NCBI GenBank assembly: GCA_965203325.1 | Contig: OZ241875.1 | Coordinates: 1,600,001 to 1,664,000, forward strand | Reading direction: 5' to 3' | DNA from: a bacterium | Lineage (GTDB): Bacteria; UBA8248 | DNA length: 64,000 nucleotides | Shown: positions 9,491-20,954 of the stretch, in pieces | How positions within the stretch are numbered: position 1 is the first letter of the stretch | Layout: each line of letters begins with the position of its first letter | Made by a program: the position numbers and the translations under genes | The notes under the pieces: model-generated | The model's input: the letters and a program-made list of their open reading frames with translations, nothing else | Database searches by the model: none | What the model was told of the DNA's origin: nothing

Positions 9491-10396
9491 ATGATGAAAA
9501 TCGGATTTATCGGATTGGGAAACATGGGGGCAGGCATGGCAGCCAACCTCCAGAAGGCGGGTTATGAACTCGTCGTTCACGACATCGTCCGCGAGGCGGG
9601 GGCGGATCACATCGAGCGAGGCGCACTCTGGGCGGACACTCCCGAAGAAGTGGCCCGCGCGAGCGAGATCGTCTTCACCTCGCTGCCAGGCCCCAAGGAG
9701 GTGGAGAGCGTCGCCACGGGGCCGAACGGGATTCTTACAGGCATCAGCGCGGGGAAAGTCTACGTTGACTTGAGCACGGTATATCCCGCCGTCGTCCGGC
9801 GCATCCACGAGAAATTCGCGGAAGCCGGCGCACACATGCTCGAAGCCCCCGTGAGCGGCTCCACCATCGGCGCGAACACGGGCCGCTTGGCCATCATGGT
9901 GGGGGGTGAGAAGGAAGTATATGAACGCTGCAAGCCCCTCTTCGAAGCCTTCGGAGACCGGCCCTCCTACACGGGTCCCATCGGCACCGGCGCCGTGTGC
10001 AAGCTCGCACACAACTGCCTGAGCTACGGCATTCAAGCCATCGCGGCGGAATGCTACACCCTGGGCGTCAAGGCGGGGGCGGACCCCGCGGTCCTGGCCG
10101 AGGTGATCAAAAACAGCGCGGTGGGCCGGGCCGTGCACTTCAACTTTGTCTTCTACGAGACATTCTTCAAGGGGAAATTCGACGAGCCGCACTTTCCCAT
10201 CAAGGGCGCGGTAAAAGACGTCGGGCTCGCGCTTGAACTCGCCCGCGAACACGACGTACCCATGACGATAGGCAACATCGCCTACGGGGAGCTCATCTCA
10301 GGTCTCAACCGCGGCTGGGGGGATGATGACGCGAGGCGCGCCATGACGCTCCAGGAAGAACGCGCGGGCGGCGTGCAGGTGAGAATTTCGGAATAG
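9491..10396 (+). CDS. NAD(P)-dependent oxidoreductase, 3-hydroxyisobutyrate dehydrogenase family
   Basis: GFIGLGNMG, EAPVSG, KLAHN motifs. Confidence 0.9.
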   Translation: MMKIGFIGLGNMGAGMAANLQKAGYELVVHDIVREAGADHIERGALWADTPEEVARASEIVFTSLPGPKEVESVATGPNGILTGISAGKVYVDLSTVYPAVVRRIHEKFAEAGAHMLEAPVSGSTIGANTGRLAIMVGGEKEVYERCKPLFEAFGDRPSYTGPIGTGAVCKLAHNCLSYGIQAIAAECYTLGVKAGADPAVLAEVIKNSAVGRAVHFNFVFYETFFKGKFDEPHFPIKGAVKDVGLALELAREHDVPMTIGNIAYGELISGLNRGWGDDDARRAMTLQEERAGGVQVRISE

Positions 10397-10408
10397 TAGA
10401 ATTTACGC

Positions 10409-11413
10409 ATGAAACACGGAATCGCCATGCTGCCCCCCGCGCCGGAGACCTACGCGCACTGGTGTAAGCTCTCGGAAGAAGCGGGCTTCGACGTCATCTG
10501 GGTGCCGGACTCGCAATCCCTCTACCGGGAGCTTTACGTCTCGTGCGCCATCTGCGCGGCGAACACCTCGCGCGTCCTGCTGGGCCCCAACGTCACCAAT
10601 CCGCTCACGCGCCACCCGGCGACGGCGGCGAGCGCCATCGCCACGGTGGATGAGTTCTCGGGCGGGCGCGCGCTGTTCGGAATCGCCACGGGGGACAGCG
10701 CCGTCCTGAATCTCGGCCTGCGCCCAAGCCGCGTGGACGAGGTGCGCGATTACGTTCTCGCCATGCGCGGAATGCTGGAAGAAGGCGCCGCGACCTACCG
10801 GGGAAAACCCTGCGCGCTCAACTGGCACAAAAAGCGGGTTCCTCTCTATATCGCCGCCGAAGGGCCGCGCACCATCCGCCTGGCGGGCGAGATAGCCGAC
10901 GGCGTCACCATCGGATGCGGCCTCACCCCCGAGGTGGTGGCGGATTCCCTCACCTGGCTGGAAGAGGGCGCCAGGAAATCGGGCCGTAAGGTGGGCGAGC
11001 TGGACGTCTGGTGGCTGGCGAAGGTGAACGTGCGCGAAGACGGCGAGCAAGCGCGCGAGGAGATCCGCATGGCCCTCGCCGCGAGCGCGCACCACGCCTT
11101 TCGCTTCACGACGGAGGGCAAGCGGATTCCCAAGGAACTCCTCGCCGCCGTCGAGACCCTGAAGCAAGGATACGCGTTTCACGAACACGAGATGGTGGAC
11201 AAGCAGACGAACGCGGAACTCGTGGACGGGCTCGGCCTTCGCGAATACCTGCTCGATCGCTTCGCCATCGCGGGCAACCCCGCCGAATGCAGAAAGCAGA
11301 TTGAGGCCATGAAGGCGACCGGCGTCGAGAACTTGAGGATCGCCGCCCACGTTTACGACAAGCCCGCCTTCATCCGGGCATGGGGCCGCGAAATTATCAG
11401 CCGGATCAAGTAA
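10409..11413 (+). CDS. LLM-class (Mer-like) flavin/F420-dependent oxidoreductase
   Basis: VTNPLTRHP, SGGRA, AAEGPRTIRLAGEIADG. Confidence 0.88.
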   Translation: MKHGIAMLPPAPETYAHWCKLSEEAGFDVIWVPDSQSLYRELYVSCAICAANTSRVLLGPNVTNPLTRHPATAASAIATVDEFSGGRALFGIATGDSAVLNLGLRPSRVDEVRDYVLAMRGMLEEGAATYRGKPCALNWHKKRVPLYIAAEGPRTIRLAGEIADGVTIGCGLTPEVVADSLTWLEEGARKSGRKVGELDVWWLAKVNVREDGEQAREEIRMALAASAHHAFRFTTEGKRIPKELLAAVETLKQGYAFHEHEMVDKQTNAELVDGLGLREYLLDRFAIAGNPAECRKQIEAMKATGVENLRIAAHVYDKPAFIRAWGREIISRIK

Positions 11414-11429
11414 CAAAGAGGATATTTGC

Positions 11430-12431
11430 ATGAGACACGGCATTTCATTCAGACCGCCCGATACGGATTCGTTCGCCCGCTGGTGCAAGTGCGCGGAAGA
11501 ACTCGGCTTCGATGCGGTATTCATCCCCGATACCCAGTCTCTTTACCGGGAGGTCTACGTCTCGTGCGCGATATGCGCGATGGAGACGAGCGAGATCATC
11601 TTCGGCCCATGCGTCACGAATCCCGTCACGCGGCACCCGGCGGTGGCCGCGAGCGCCATCGGCACCATCAGCGAGCTATCGGGCGGGCGCGCCTTCTGGG
11701 GGATCGCCACGGGTGACAGCGCGGTGCTGAACCTGGGTCTGAGGCCCGCCAAACTCGCCGAGATGCGCGAATACGTCCTCGCCGTGCGGGGCATGCTCGA
11801 AGAAGGAAGCGCGCAGTTCAAAGGGAACGACGCCCGGTTGAGCTGGCACAAATCCCACGTGCCCATCCACATCGCCGCCGAAGGCCCCAAGACGCTGCGC
11901 CTCGCGGGCGAGGTGGCCGACGGCGTCATCATCGGAACCGGCCTCATCCCCGAAGTCATCGCGGACACGCTCTCCTTCATCGACGAGGGCGCCCAAAAGT
12001 CCGGCCGAAGGGTGGAGGACCTGGACCTCTGGTGGCTGGTGGACGCCCACGTAGACGGGGACGGCGAACGGGCGCGGGAGGACATCCGCACCGCCCTCGC
12101 CGCAAGCGCGCATCATTCCTTCGCCTTCACGATGGAGAACAAGCGCATCCCCCAAGAGCTCGAATCCGGCATCCGCGCGCTGAGGGACGGGTACCAGACT
12201 TCGGAGCACGGCTTCATGGATAAATCCAACAATGCGGCGCTCGTCGATGAGTACGGCTTGAGAGACTACCTGGCCGATAGATTCGCCATCGTCGGCACGC
12301 CCGAAGAATGCCGGAAAAGACTCGAAGACCTCGAAAACCTGGGTGTCAGGGGGCTCCGCATCAACAACAACCTGCCCGACAGGACAGTCTTCATGAACGC
12401 CTGGGCGAAGGAGGTGCGGGGGATTGGGTGA
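11430..12431 (+). CDS. LLM-class oxidoreductase, tandem paralog of the preceding gene
   Basis: Same motifs; visibly similar to 10409-11413 throughout. Confidence 0.88.
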   Translation: MRHGISFRPPDTDSFARWCKCAEELGFDAVFIPDTQSLYREVYVSCAICAMETSEIIFGPCVTNPVTRHPAVAASAIGTISELSGGRAFWGIATGDSAVLNLGLRPAKLAEMREYVLAVRGMLEEGSAQFKGNDARLSWHKSHVPIHIAAEGPKTLRLAGEVADGVIIGTGLIPEVIADTLSFIDEGAQKSGRRVEDLDLWWLVDAHVDGDGERAREDIRTALAASAHHSFAFTMENKRIPQELESGIRALRDGYQTSEHGFMDKSNNAALVDEYGLRDYLADRFAIVGTPEECRKRLEDLENLGVRGLRINNNLPDRTVFMNAWAKEVRGIG

Positions 12432-12490
12432 TTTGCGACACCAAAGCGATGCAACAAAGCAAACCTGAGTTGTTTTCTATAGCAAATTGC

Positions 12491-12964
12491 CTATATCGGC
12501 AGAACCCCTTGGTTTGAACGTGGTTCATGAATAGGAAAACCTGTCAACGCCTCAAATTTTGAGAGCCCGGCATCATATGTATGGAACTCTTTCGCTTCTG
12601 CATAGATTGCAGTTGCCAAATGCACGGCATCCGCAGGCTTCAAGCTCCACCCACGAGAGATGCCTTCTCTCATTAGACGCCTCGCATCTCGTTGCAAGCG
12701 TTCATGTACTTCCACCAACGTAATGGTACGTCGATCCATCCACATCGAATCTATTTTCGCCTCAAGCGCGGGGTCCAGTGCTTGCTTATCCTTTTCTATC
12801 GCGCCATACGCCACCTCGGTAATAGACCACATGGATGTCACAATACGACACTCGTCTTTACGCGACCTTGAAAGCAAATCGTCTAAGGTGGGTAACCTAG
12901 TCTCTATGCCGTTGATATAGGAGAGAAAAACATCGGCATCCCAATAGTACGCATCAGCCATCAC
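12491..12964 (-). CDS. PIN-domain (VapC-like) ribonuclease
   Basis: [24 protein letters not shown] acidic PIN motifs. Lower GC than its flanks. Confidence 0.85.
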   Translation of the reverse strand: MMADAYYWDADVFLSYINGIETRLPTLDDLLSRSRKDECRIVTSMWSITEVAYGAIEKDKQALDPALEAKIDSMWMDRRTITLVEVHERLQRDARRLMREGISRGWSLKPADAVHLATAIYAEAKEFHTYDAGLSKFEALTGFPIHEPRSNQGVLPI

Positions 12965-13757
12965 GCAACCGCATAATAGTAACTTCCGGCAATTCTGCGT
13001 CCGGCTTCAACGGCAAAATTGCGCGCGCTTGCGTGTAGTCTCCTTCCTCCATAATTGGTGTAATTTTACTGACTTGCCGCACTGCTATAGGATGTCCATC
13101 CGTCGGATCGCGACTCACCAATCCTTCCACGATAGCGTGTTTTCCCCAAACTTCTCTCATGAGGTTTTCCTGGCCGGATTGCAAGTAACACGATACAGGT
13201 CGGTCATTCAGAGCGTCATAGAGAGTGAATCGCAACATGTTTCGCTTTGTTAATGTCTGAACTTCTCCCTCTACGGCGCCAAAGGCCACTGCAATAACAT
13301 TTTCTGGCAGATTCATCATCTTGTCCGCTACTTTCGGCTTTCGAGTTGGAGGGTTATGTAAGATGACCGTTTCCTCTTGTGTCTCAAATCGGACTCGTTT
13401 GACGCCGTTTCCGACCAAGCGCCCAAGTTTCATGGCTGGAGCGGAGACTTTCCGCCCACGATTAATCCGGACATTTTCTTTAAGTGCCCTGCCAACATCA
13501 TTGTATCCCCGAACAACCCGCTCGACCCGTTCCGATTGAGGGCTATATCCTTTAATAGTCGCTAATGCGCTCCCAGGCTGAAGATCTTCGATCCTCCACT
13601 CGATACCGCCTCCCTCCTCTACCGTCAGCGCACCGATGAGGCTGTCCAACGACTTTACCGCCGTTGCAAACGTCTCAAGAGTGACATCCCCCTCCAACAT
13701 CAGCGTAATTGTGTCAGAAGCCATGACTTGCCCTTTGGAGTCTTTGGGAGGATCCAC
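12954..13757 (-). CDS. Hypothetical protein, overlapping partner of the PIN gene
   Basis: Overlaps the PIN start; lower GC. True start may be the MASD ATG near 13724. Confidence 0.7.
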   Translation of the reverse strand: MDPPKDSKGQVMASDTITLMLEGDVTLETFATAVKSLDSLIGALTVEEGGGIEWRIEDLQPGSALATIKGYSPQSERVERVVRGYNDVGRALKENVRINRGRKVSAPAMKLGRLVGNGVKRVRFETQEETVILHNPPTRKPKVADKMMNLPENVIAVAFGAVEGEVQTLTKRNMLRFTLYDALNDRPVSCYLQSGQENLMREVWGKHAIVEGLVSRDPTDGHPIAVRQVSKITPIMEEGDYTQARAILPLKPDAELPEVTIMRLRDG

Positions 13758-13966
13758 AATTGGTAGATATCTTCAAACAAGACATCACCATGAATCAACC
13801 TAAGGCCTCCATTTGGGAGTGTCAATCACTTGCGCAGCACGCTCTGGAACACATCCAGCCGAAAAACTCCCCCTTCCCCTCTCCCCGCCGCTTCGGTTAG
13901 AATGGCTTGAAATGATCGAAACGAGTGAATTCGACCTCCCCGAAAAACCTCGTACAGGAGGATGAC

Positions 13967-14521
13967 ATGAGCGAAATGACGAAGGAAAAGGAAAAGATTC
14001 TCGTCTATGAACCCGTGGCGGAGGCGCCGGGCGCGAGCGCCGTCATGGCCGCGCGGCCCGAGAGCCTAAACGGCAAGAGCGTGGGCCTCATCAACAACAC
14101 CAAGGATTTCACGGATGAGATTTTCGACGTGATGGGCGCCGCGCTCGAAGAGCAGTTCCCCGGTGTGCGCGTCGTGCGCTACCGGAAAGAATCCGTGAGC
14201 GGCGCATCGCCCGCCTTGATGGAGCAGGTGGAAGGAGAGTGCGACGCCGTTGTTTCCGCACTCGGCGACTGAGGGTCATGCACGTCGTGGAGTATCCACG
14301 ACAGCGTCGCTTTAGAGAAAAGAGGGCTGGCCACGGTCACGGTCGTCACCGACGCCTTCGAGACCTACGCCAAGCAACTCACCAAGCTGCACAAGATGAG
14401 CGGGCTTCCCCTCGTCACGCTGCCCCACCCCATCGCGGGCAGAAAGCGCGAGGAGGTGGACGAGATGTCGGCGAGAGCGAGCGCGCATCTGGCGTCCGCC
14501 CTCACGCAGGCGAGCGCTTGA
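13967..14521 (+). CDS. UGSC-motif family selenoprotein (UGA 14270-14272)
   Basis: AGGAGG RBS. Reads ALGD-U-GSCTSWSIHD..LEKRG..HPI in frame to the stop at 14521. Hairpin at 14284-14302. Confidence 0.85.
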
Positions 14522-14528
14522 TATCGGC

Positions 14529-15629
14529 ATGGACGCGCCAGAGCCCGCCCGCCAGATAGCGCTCGACCAAGACGCAGGCGCGATATACGAGCACTTCTAC
14601 GAGGAGGGCTGGACGGACGGGCTGCCCGTCATCCCGCCGACCGAGGAGCGCGTCGCGGAAACCTTGCGCTTCACGGACTATGCGCCGCATGACGTCATCG
14701 CCAACGTCCCGCCCAGAAACGCCCCGGCCACGGTCGAGGTCATCGCCATCAACGCCGTGATGGCGGGCTGCAGACCCGAATACCTGCCTGTTTTGATCGC
14801 CGCAGTGCAAGCCATGACGGAACCCGCCTACAACCTCTACGGCCGTCAGACGACGACGCATCCGGGCGCGCACCTGATGATCGTCCACGGGCCGGTTCGA
14901 AACGAACTCGAGGTCAACTGCCGCCAGAACGTCTTCGGCCAGGGCTGGCGCGCCAACGCGACGCTGGGCCGCGCGGTGAGGCTCCTGATGATGAACGCAG
15001 GCGGCGGCATCCCCGGCGTGACGGACATGGCCACCCACGGGCATCCGGGGAAATACGCCTACACCATCGGCGAGGACGAGGAGGGCAGCCCCTGGCCCGC
15101 CTTTCATGTGGATAGAGGCTTCGCGCCAGATACTTCCGCCGTCACCATGCTCTGCGCCGAGTCGCCCCACAACGTGAACGACCTGGTGAGCAAGACGCCC
15201 CACAAATACCTGGGCACGGCGGCTTCGGCCATGAGCCATTTAGGTGCGAACGGCGTCTACCGGAGCGGGCTTCCGAGCGAGCAAATGCTCGTCCTGACGG
15301 CAGAGGCCGCCACGTGGCTTTCGGATCAGGGGTGGTCGAAGGCCGACGTTTCGCAATTCATCTTCGAGAACGCGCGCCAGCCGATTCGCCTGATGCGCGA
15401 CCGGGGCGGCTTCGACATGACGCCACTCGCCCCTTTCGTGAATCTCGAAGAAGACGAGGACATGGCCCCCATCGTCCCGAGGCCCGAAGACATCCTCATC
15501 GTCATAGCGGGCGGCCACGGCCGCCACATGCAGGCCGTCTTGACGGCGAGCTACAACCTGAGCGTCACCAGGGCGATCACCAGAAAAGACGGAACGCCGA
15601 TTGGATCGGTAAGGGAGTTTGTGGAGTAG
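14529..15629 (+). CDS. Conserved hypothetical protein (GWTDGLPVIPPT family), usual partner of UGSC proteins
   Basis: GWTDGLPVIPPT, AINAVMAGC.PEY, RANATLGRA motifs. Confidence 0.8.
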   Translation: MDAPEPARQIALDQDAGAIYEHFYEEGWTDGLPVIPPTEERVAETLRFTDYAPHDVIANVPPRNAPATVEVIAINAVMAGCRPEYLPVLIAAVQAMTEPAYNLYGRQTTTHPGAHLMIVHGPVRNELEVNCRQNVFGQGWRANATLGRAVRLLMMNAGGGIPGVTDMATHGHPGKYAYTIGEDEEGSPWPAFHVDRGFAPDTSAVTMLCAESPHNVNDLVSKTPHKYLGTAASAMSHLGANGVYRSGLPSEQMLVLTAEAATWLSDQGWSKADVSQFIFENARQPIRLMRDRGGFDMTPLAPFVNLEEDEDMAPIVPRPEDILIVIAGGHGRHMQAVLTASYNLSVTRAITRKDGTPIGSVREFVE

Positions 15630-15637
15630 AGAGCCCC

Positions 15638-16993
15638 CTACCCCTCCAGGTTCATGCCGAACTGCCCCGCGAGGTGGGTGATGAGCTTGCCTGCGGCGTC
15701 ATCGCTCATCCAGCCGCGCGCGGTGGCCGTTTCGAGCGCCGTGCTAACGCGCAAAAGCGCCTCGGACATCTTCTCGGTGTCGCGCACGGAGATATCCGGC
15801 AGAACGGGCGAGACGCCCGAGCGCAGCGCCTCCTCGGGCAGCGCGCCCGCGCGATGGGCTTCTTCGAGCTGCTTCTCAGCCATAGCTTGCAAGATATGGC
15901 GCACGGTGCGCTGGCGGCGCGTCATCTTCTTCAAGGTGGGCTGATCCATCGACTCGGCCGACGCGCGGTTCACGTCCTCCCCCTGGGCGAACCAGTGGGA
16001 AGGAACGCCTACGCCGCCGAGCAGCAGGCCCCGCATCATCTTGGCGACCCCCTGCGCGCCGGACTCGCCTCCTTTCAAGTCGGGCGAGACGGCCCGCCAC
16101 TCCTCTTTTTCGTTGTGAACGCGCACGCTCGAGGGCTTGGGCGCGACGCCGTTCTCGGCGAGCCACTCGGCTATCTTGTCGGGGCCGGCGCCTTTCAAGG
16201 TGACGTCGTAGATGAAGCTGTTCTGCAGGCGCGCGCGCTCCACGGCATCGAAGATGAAGCGCTCATAGGTATCTATCCAGTCGATGGCGGCGAGCAAGTC
16301 CGAAGCCCCGCGCGCGGCGTCGCTCGCCTTGTTGATCTGGAACAGGAACGCCTCTCCGTCCGTGAAGCGCTCGCGCTCCCGCCGGGCGGAGGCGCTCAGA
16401 TAACCGCGCGGGTCGCCGCCCAAGACCGTCTTGATTCGCTTGCCCTTGCGCGCCGCACCGCCCGGCTCCCGGGCGCGCAGGACGACCCCTATCGGCAGGG
16501 CGCAGTTGTCCGGGTCCGTCACCACCTCTTCGATCAGGCGGGGGCTGACGTAGCCCAGCCGGACGCGCCCCTCGAAGCGCGAGACGGCGACGGGCAGCAA
16601 GAGTTCGCCGAATATGCCGAGTTCAGAGACCAGCCGCTCGAAGCGGATGTCCATCTGGTTCACGGGGTCGGCCCAGAACGCCTTCACGGCGTTTAATGCG
16701 CGCTCATCCTCCCCGTGCCAGCTCACCCCCTCGCCCACGACGTGATCCGTCACGATCTCGATGAGGCGCTGGCCCATGAGGTTCGTGAGCCATAATTCAT
16801 ACGCTAAAGCCTGCATGCGCGCGTGGGTGTAGGGAGACACCCCGCTCCGCCCCTCGCCGAGGGGCCGCCAGATTTTCTCGTCCGGATCGATCGCCGCGCT
16901 CGTTCGCCCGGTACGCTGCGCGGCCTCCCCTTTTCTCTTGAGTTCCGTCTTCCGCCCGGGAACCTTCACCCTCTTTGCACTCTCCATTCTCAT
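15638..16993 (-). CDS. Phage portal protein
   Basis: 451 aa, coupled (ATGA overlap) to the terminase nuclease gene. Portal-like features (IFGE, RGASDL, GVPSHWF..EDVNRASA). Confidence 0.8.
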   Translation of the reverse strand: MRMESAKRVKVPGRKTELKRKGEAAQRTGRTSAAIDPDEKIWRPLGEGRSGVSPYTHARMQALAYELWLTNLMGQRLIEIVTDHVVGEGVSWHGEDERALNAVKAFWADPVNQMDIRFERLVSELGIFGELLLPVAVSRFEGRVRLGYVSPRLIEEVVTDPDNCALPIGVVLRAREPGGAARKGKRIKTVLGGDPRGYLSASARRERERFTDGEAFLFQINKASDAARGASDLLAAIDWIDTYERFIFDAVERARLQNSFIYDVTLKGAGPDKIAEWLAENGVAPKPSSVRVHNEKEEWRAVSPDLKGGESGAQGVAKMMRGLLLGGVGVPSHWFAQGEDVNRASAESMDQPTLKKMTRRQRTVRHILQAMAEKQLEEAHRAGALPEEALRSGVSPVLPDISVRDTEKMSEALLRVSTALETATARGWMSDDAAGKLITHLAGQFGMNLEG

Positions 16994-17637
16994 CTCCTCT
17001 TGAGCATCCGTTTGTTAAAAGCCTGCGGCGTCACCGTTCCCCCGGCGATGGGGGCCAGCATGCCCTCGCTCTGCGCCAGGGATTCGGCCAGCCGCGCATA
17101 GGCGCAGGCGAAGCCGAAGTGGTTCTCGTTTCGCTCATACGCCAGCACCGTCTCCCCGGTGGAGCGGATGCGCGGCCTTTTCCTCAAATTCATCAGGTGG
17201 CGCTCCACCTCGGCGAGTAGCGCCTCCTCCCCGGTGTCCCTGGGACTCGGCAGCAGGACCCGCCCGGCCCCCTCGTGAAACTCCTCCACGAGGTGATCGA
17301 GCAGGTCCTCTCGGTTCATCCGCACGTGGCGGCGCTCGACGCCCAGGAACGAGACGTCCCTGGTCTGCATCTCCCCCTCGGTGTGCCGCCAGATGAAGCC
17401 GCCCTCGGGGTTCAGGTCGTAGACCGCGCGCGCTGCCTGGGTGTGGGGGCCGCCGTCTATGACGAACGCTTCCACCCCGAGACCCGAGAACACGGCGCGG
17501 CACCGCTCGATGAGGCGCTCTATCGGCGGCGCCTCGAAATAAATCCACCTGGCGGGCCGGCCCTCCTCGCGCTCGCGCACCGCGAGGGCGCAGCGGTCGC
17601 CCGTATCGATTCCACAGAAGCGATAGTTCGCGCTCAT
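16990..17637 (-). CDS. Terminase large subunit, nuclease (RNase H-like) domain as a separate gene
   Basis: CGIDTG, VIDGGP, NHFGFACAY. Own GGAGG RBS; ATGA overlap with the ATPase gene. Confidence 0.75.
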   Translation of the reverse strand: MSANYRFCGIDTGDRCALAVREREEGRPARWIYFEAPPIERLIERCRAVFSGLGVEAFVIDGGPHTQAARAVYDLNPEGGFIWRHTEGEMQTRDVSFLGVERRHVRMNREDLLDHLVEEFHEGAGRVLLPSPRDTGEEALLAEVERHLMNLRKRPRIRSTGETVLAYERNENHFGFACAYARLAESLAQSEGMLAPIAGGTVTPQAFNKRMLKRR

Positions 17638-18692
17638 GCCGGGACCTCCGCCAGGCGATACGGCGCGGCGTCACGCAGCTTCCTGAGCAGTTCAGGAGAG
17701 ATAGGCCGGGTATCGCCCGCATCGGGGATGGCGAGGGCCGAGCAGCGAAAGCGCGCCTTCTCACTCGGAAGAGAGGCAGCGGCCCATTTCGCCACGACCC
17801 GGTCGAGCCGAACCGCGCCGACCGCAAGCTGGGAGAGGCGATAGCTCCTGTGCCGGGGTCTCACGCACGCGGCTTTCCACCGCCCTGCTCCCTTCTCGAG
17901 CGCGCCGCCGCATTCCGGGCAGACGAGGCCATTTGCACACAGTATCTCCGGCCAGTGCTCCTCCAGCACGCTCTCGGTGCGGCACGTCGGGCATCTCACA
18001 TGCCAGCGCCTGCGGTCCCCCGCCTCGTACATGGCGTGAATGCCCGCACCGGGAGTTCTGCCGACAGCCAGGTTGAGCGTAAGAGCCAGGGGCGAGGCGT
18101 CGATGCGGTCGTTCGACCATTTGAGGTTGTCCGGCGGAAGGTCGTCCACCTCGTCGCGGACAAGCACGTCGAGCGGGATGGATATGGCGTTGCCGATGTC
18201 CCTGAGACCCAGGATGTAGAGAAAACGCGAGCCCCCGGGGCCGGGGAACTCCTTGAGACCCTTGGGGGATGCGCCACGGTACTTTCCGTCGCGCATGATC
18301 GAGGCGATACTTTCGTTTCGAATCACCGGGCGCACGCGCGTCTGGTCGAAGCGGTCCGCGAAATCCTGATCGGGCAGAAAATAGCCCACGTTCAGGCGGT
18401 GGACGATGACGCAATAGAGCGCAAAACCGATGGCGAGGGTGGTCATGCCCACCTGCGCGCCCTTCAGGACGCTGATGGTCCGATCGGGCGCCCGGCAATT
18501 TATAATCTCATCGAGCGCGGCGGCGATCTCCAGAAGCGCCTCTCTGCCTTTGAAGGTGAACGCGCCGGTGTCGGTCGACATCTCGCCCGTCAGAAACCGG
18601 GCCAGCCCGCGCGCCTCGCCCGGAAATCGCGGCGCGCCGCCGGCGGCGAGGTCCATACCGGGCACCCGGATGATTTTCAGGGACTTTCGCAC
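17634..18692 (-). CDS. Terminase large subunit, ATPase domain (lambda gpA-like)
   Basis: KGAQVGMT Walker A-like, DEVD Walker B, GDRRRWHVRCPTC..CPECG zinc finger. GTG start with GGAGGAG RBS. Confidence 0.85.
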   Translation of the reverse strand: MRKSLKIIRVPGMDLAAGGAPRFPGEARGLARFLTGEMSTDTGAFTFKGREALLEIAAALDEIINCRAPDRTISVLKGAQVGMTTLAIGFALYCVIVHRLNVGYFLPDQDFADRFDQTRVRPVIRNESIASIMRDGKYRGASPKGLKEFPGPGGSRFLYILGLRDIGNAISIPLDVLVRDEVDDLPPDNLKWSNDRIDASPLALTLNLAVGRTPGAGIHAMYEAGDRRRWHVRCPTCRTESVLEEHWPEILCANGLVCPECGGALEKGAGRWKAACVRPRHRSYRLSQLAVGAVRLDRVVAKWAAASLPSEKARFRCSALAIPDAGDTRPISPELLRKLRDAAPYRLAEVPA

Positions 18693-18740
18693 CGGGACTC
18701 CTCCCTCCCAAGGATGCCGCGCGCATCCTCACGAGGGAGG

Positions 18741-18793
18741 AATATAGGGGATGGGGCCTGTGAGCCATGACGCGCAAATGCGGGGAAATGCGC
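18741..18793 (-). promoter_or_regulatory. Activator-dependent 'late' promoter 2 (terminase-portal operon)
   Basis: 18771-18793 is identical (23/23) to 5662-5684. -10 TATATT at 18746-18741, 27-nt gap to the core at 18774. Confidence 0.85.
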
Positions 18794-19340
18794 GGTCTGG
18801 CTTTCATCGCGCCACTTCTCTGCAGCGCGCATCCGGAGCCATCGAGATCAAATCGCCGGGTAATTTCCCGGCACACCCCGTTGATCGCGCCCCCGACTTC
18901 CTGTAAATCCCTCCCTGAAACGAAGTCGAATGAAGGCGCAGGGATCGCCATGCCCCTCTTGTAATCGGGCGCGTGCTACACAGGCGGCGCTCATGATGAT
19001 ATAGTGGGGGCTACACTCATCCAACGCCCAGGATTGCTCTGGAGACGATTGGGGGGTTTCCCCCGCGAGGAATCCCTATTTTCCTTGACTGAACGGCCGG
19101 CTTCGACGCCCTTCGGGGTGCGAGGCCACCTCAAGGAGATTGGTGTATGCGTCGCACCACGATGAGAATCAAGCCCGGAGGCGTCGGGAAAACACCGACC
19201 GGGTAAAGCGGGGGCTGTGGGGGCCGCATCTACGCGGCGGAAGGCGGCATTCGAGCCGGCGGGCGGGTGAAGCCGCCGCTTCCAACCCGAACAAAAATTT
19301 TTCGGATTATTGTTTCAATTTCCAAAGGAGGTTCAAAAAG

Positions 19341-20624
<1,284 letters not shown>

Positions 20625-20769
20625 GCCGCAACGAAAAAGACCCCGGGGCGCGTCCCCGGGGTCGCTCCCTCCCGCGAACGCGCGACCTCCCGAGGAGGGG
20701 TTGTTGCCCCCCATCGAAAGTGTTCACCGTCCTTCCGGCGAATGCCGGAAGGACGATCCAAACCAAATC

Positions 20770-20887
20770 GGACAGGTCGCGACCTGTCCCTACAGACGAA
20801 CGCAACCATGCTCACGTAGGGGCGGACCTGTGTGTCCGCCCTGATTCCTGAAACGAAAAGCGGGCGGACACACAGGTCCGCCCCTAC
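20770..20887. repeat. GTAG-type REP cluster
   Basis: GGACAGGTCGCGACCTGTCCCTAC, plus GTAGGGGCGGACCTGTGTGTCCGCCC and its inverted copy. Confidence 0.75.
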
Positions 20888-20954
20888 GGTAAAATCCCGA
20901 CCTAAACGCAAGAGGATTTTCAACAACCCCGATTCGATCTGAAGCGAAATAACC

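Noticed and set aside
19140..19340. N-terminal extension of AmtB in the ORF track
   Set aside because: The AGGAGG RBS and signal-peptide-like sequence support the start at 19341.
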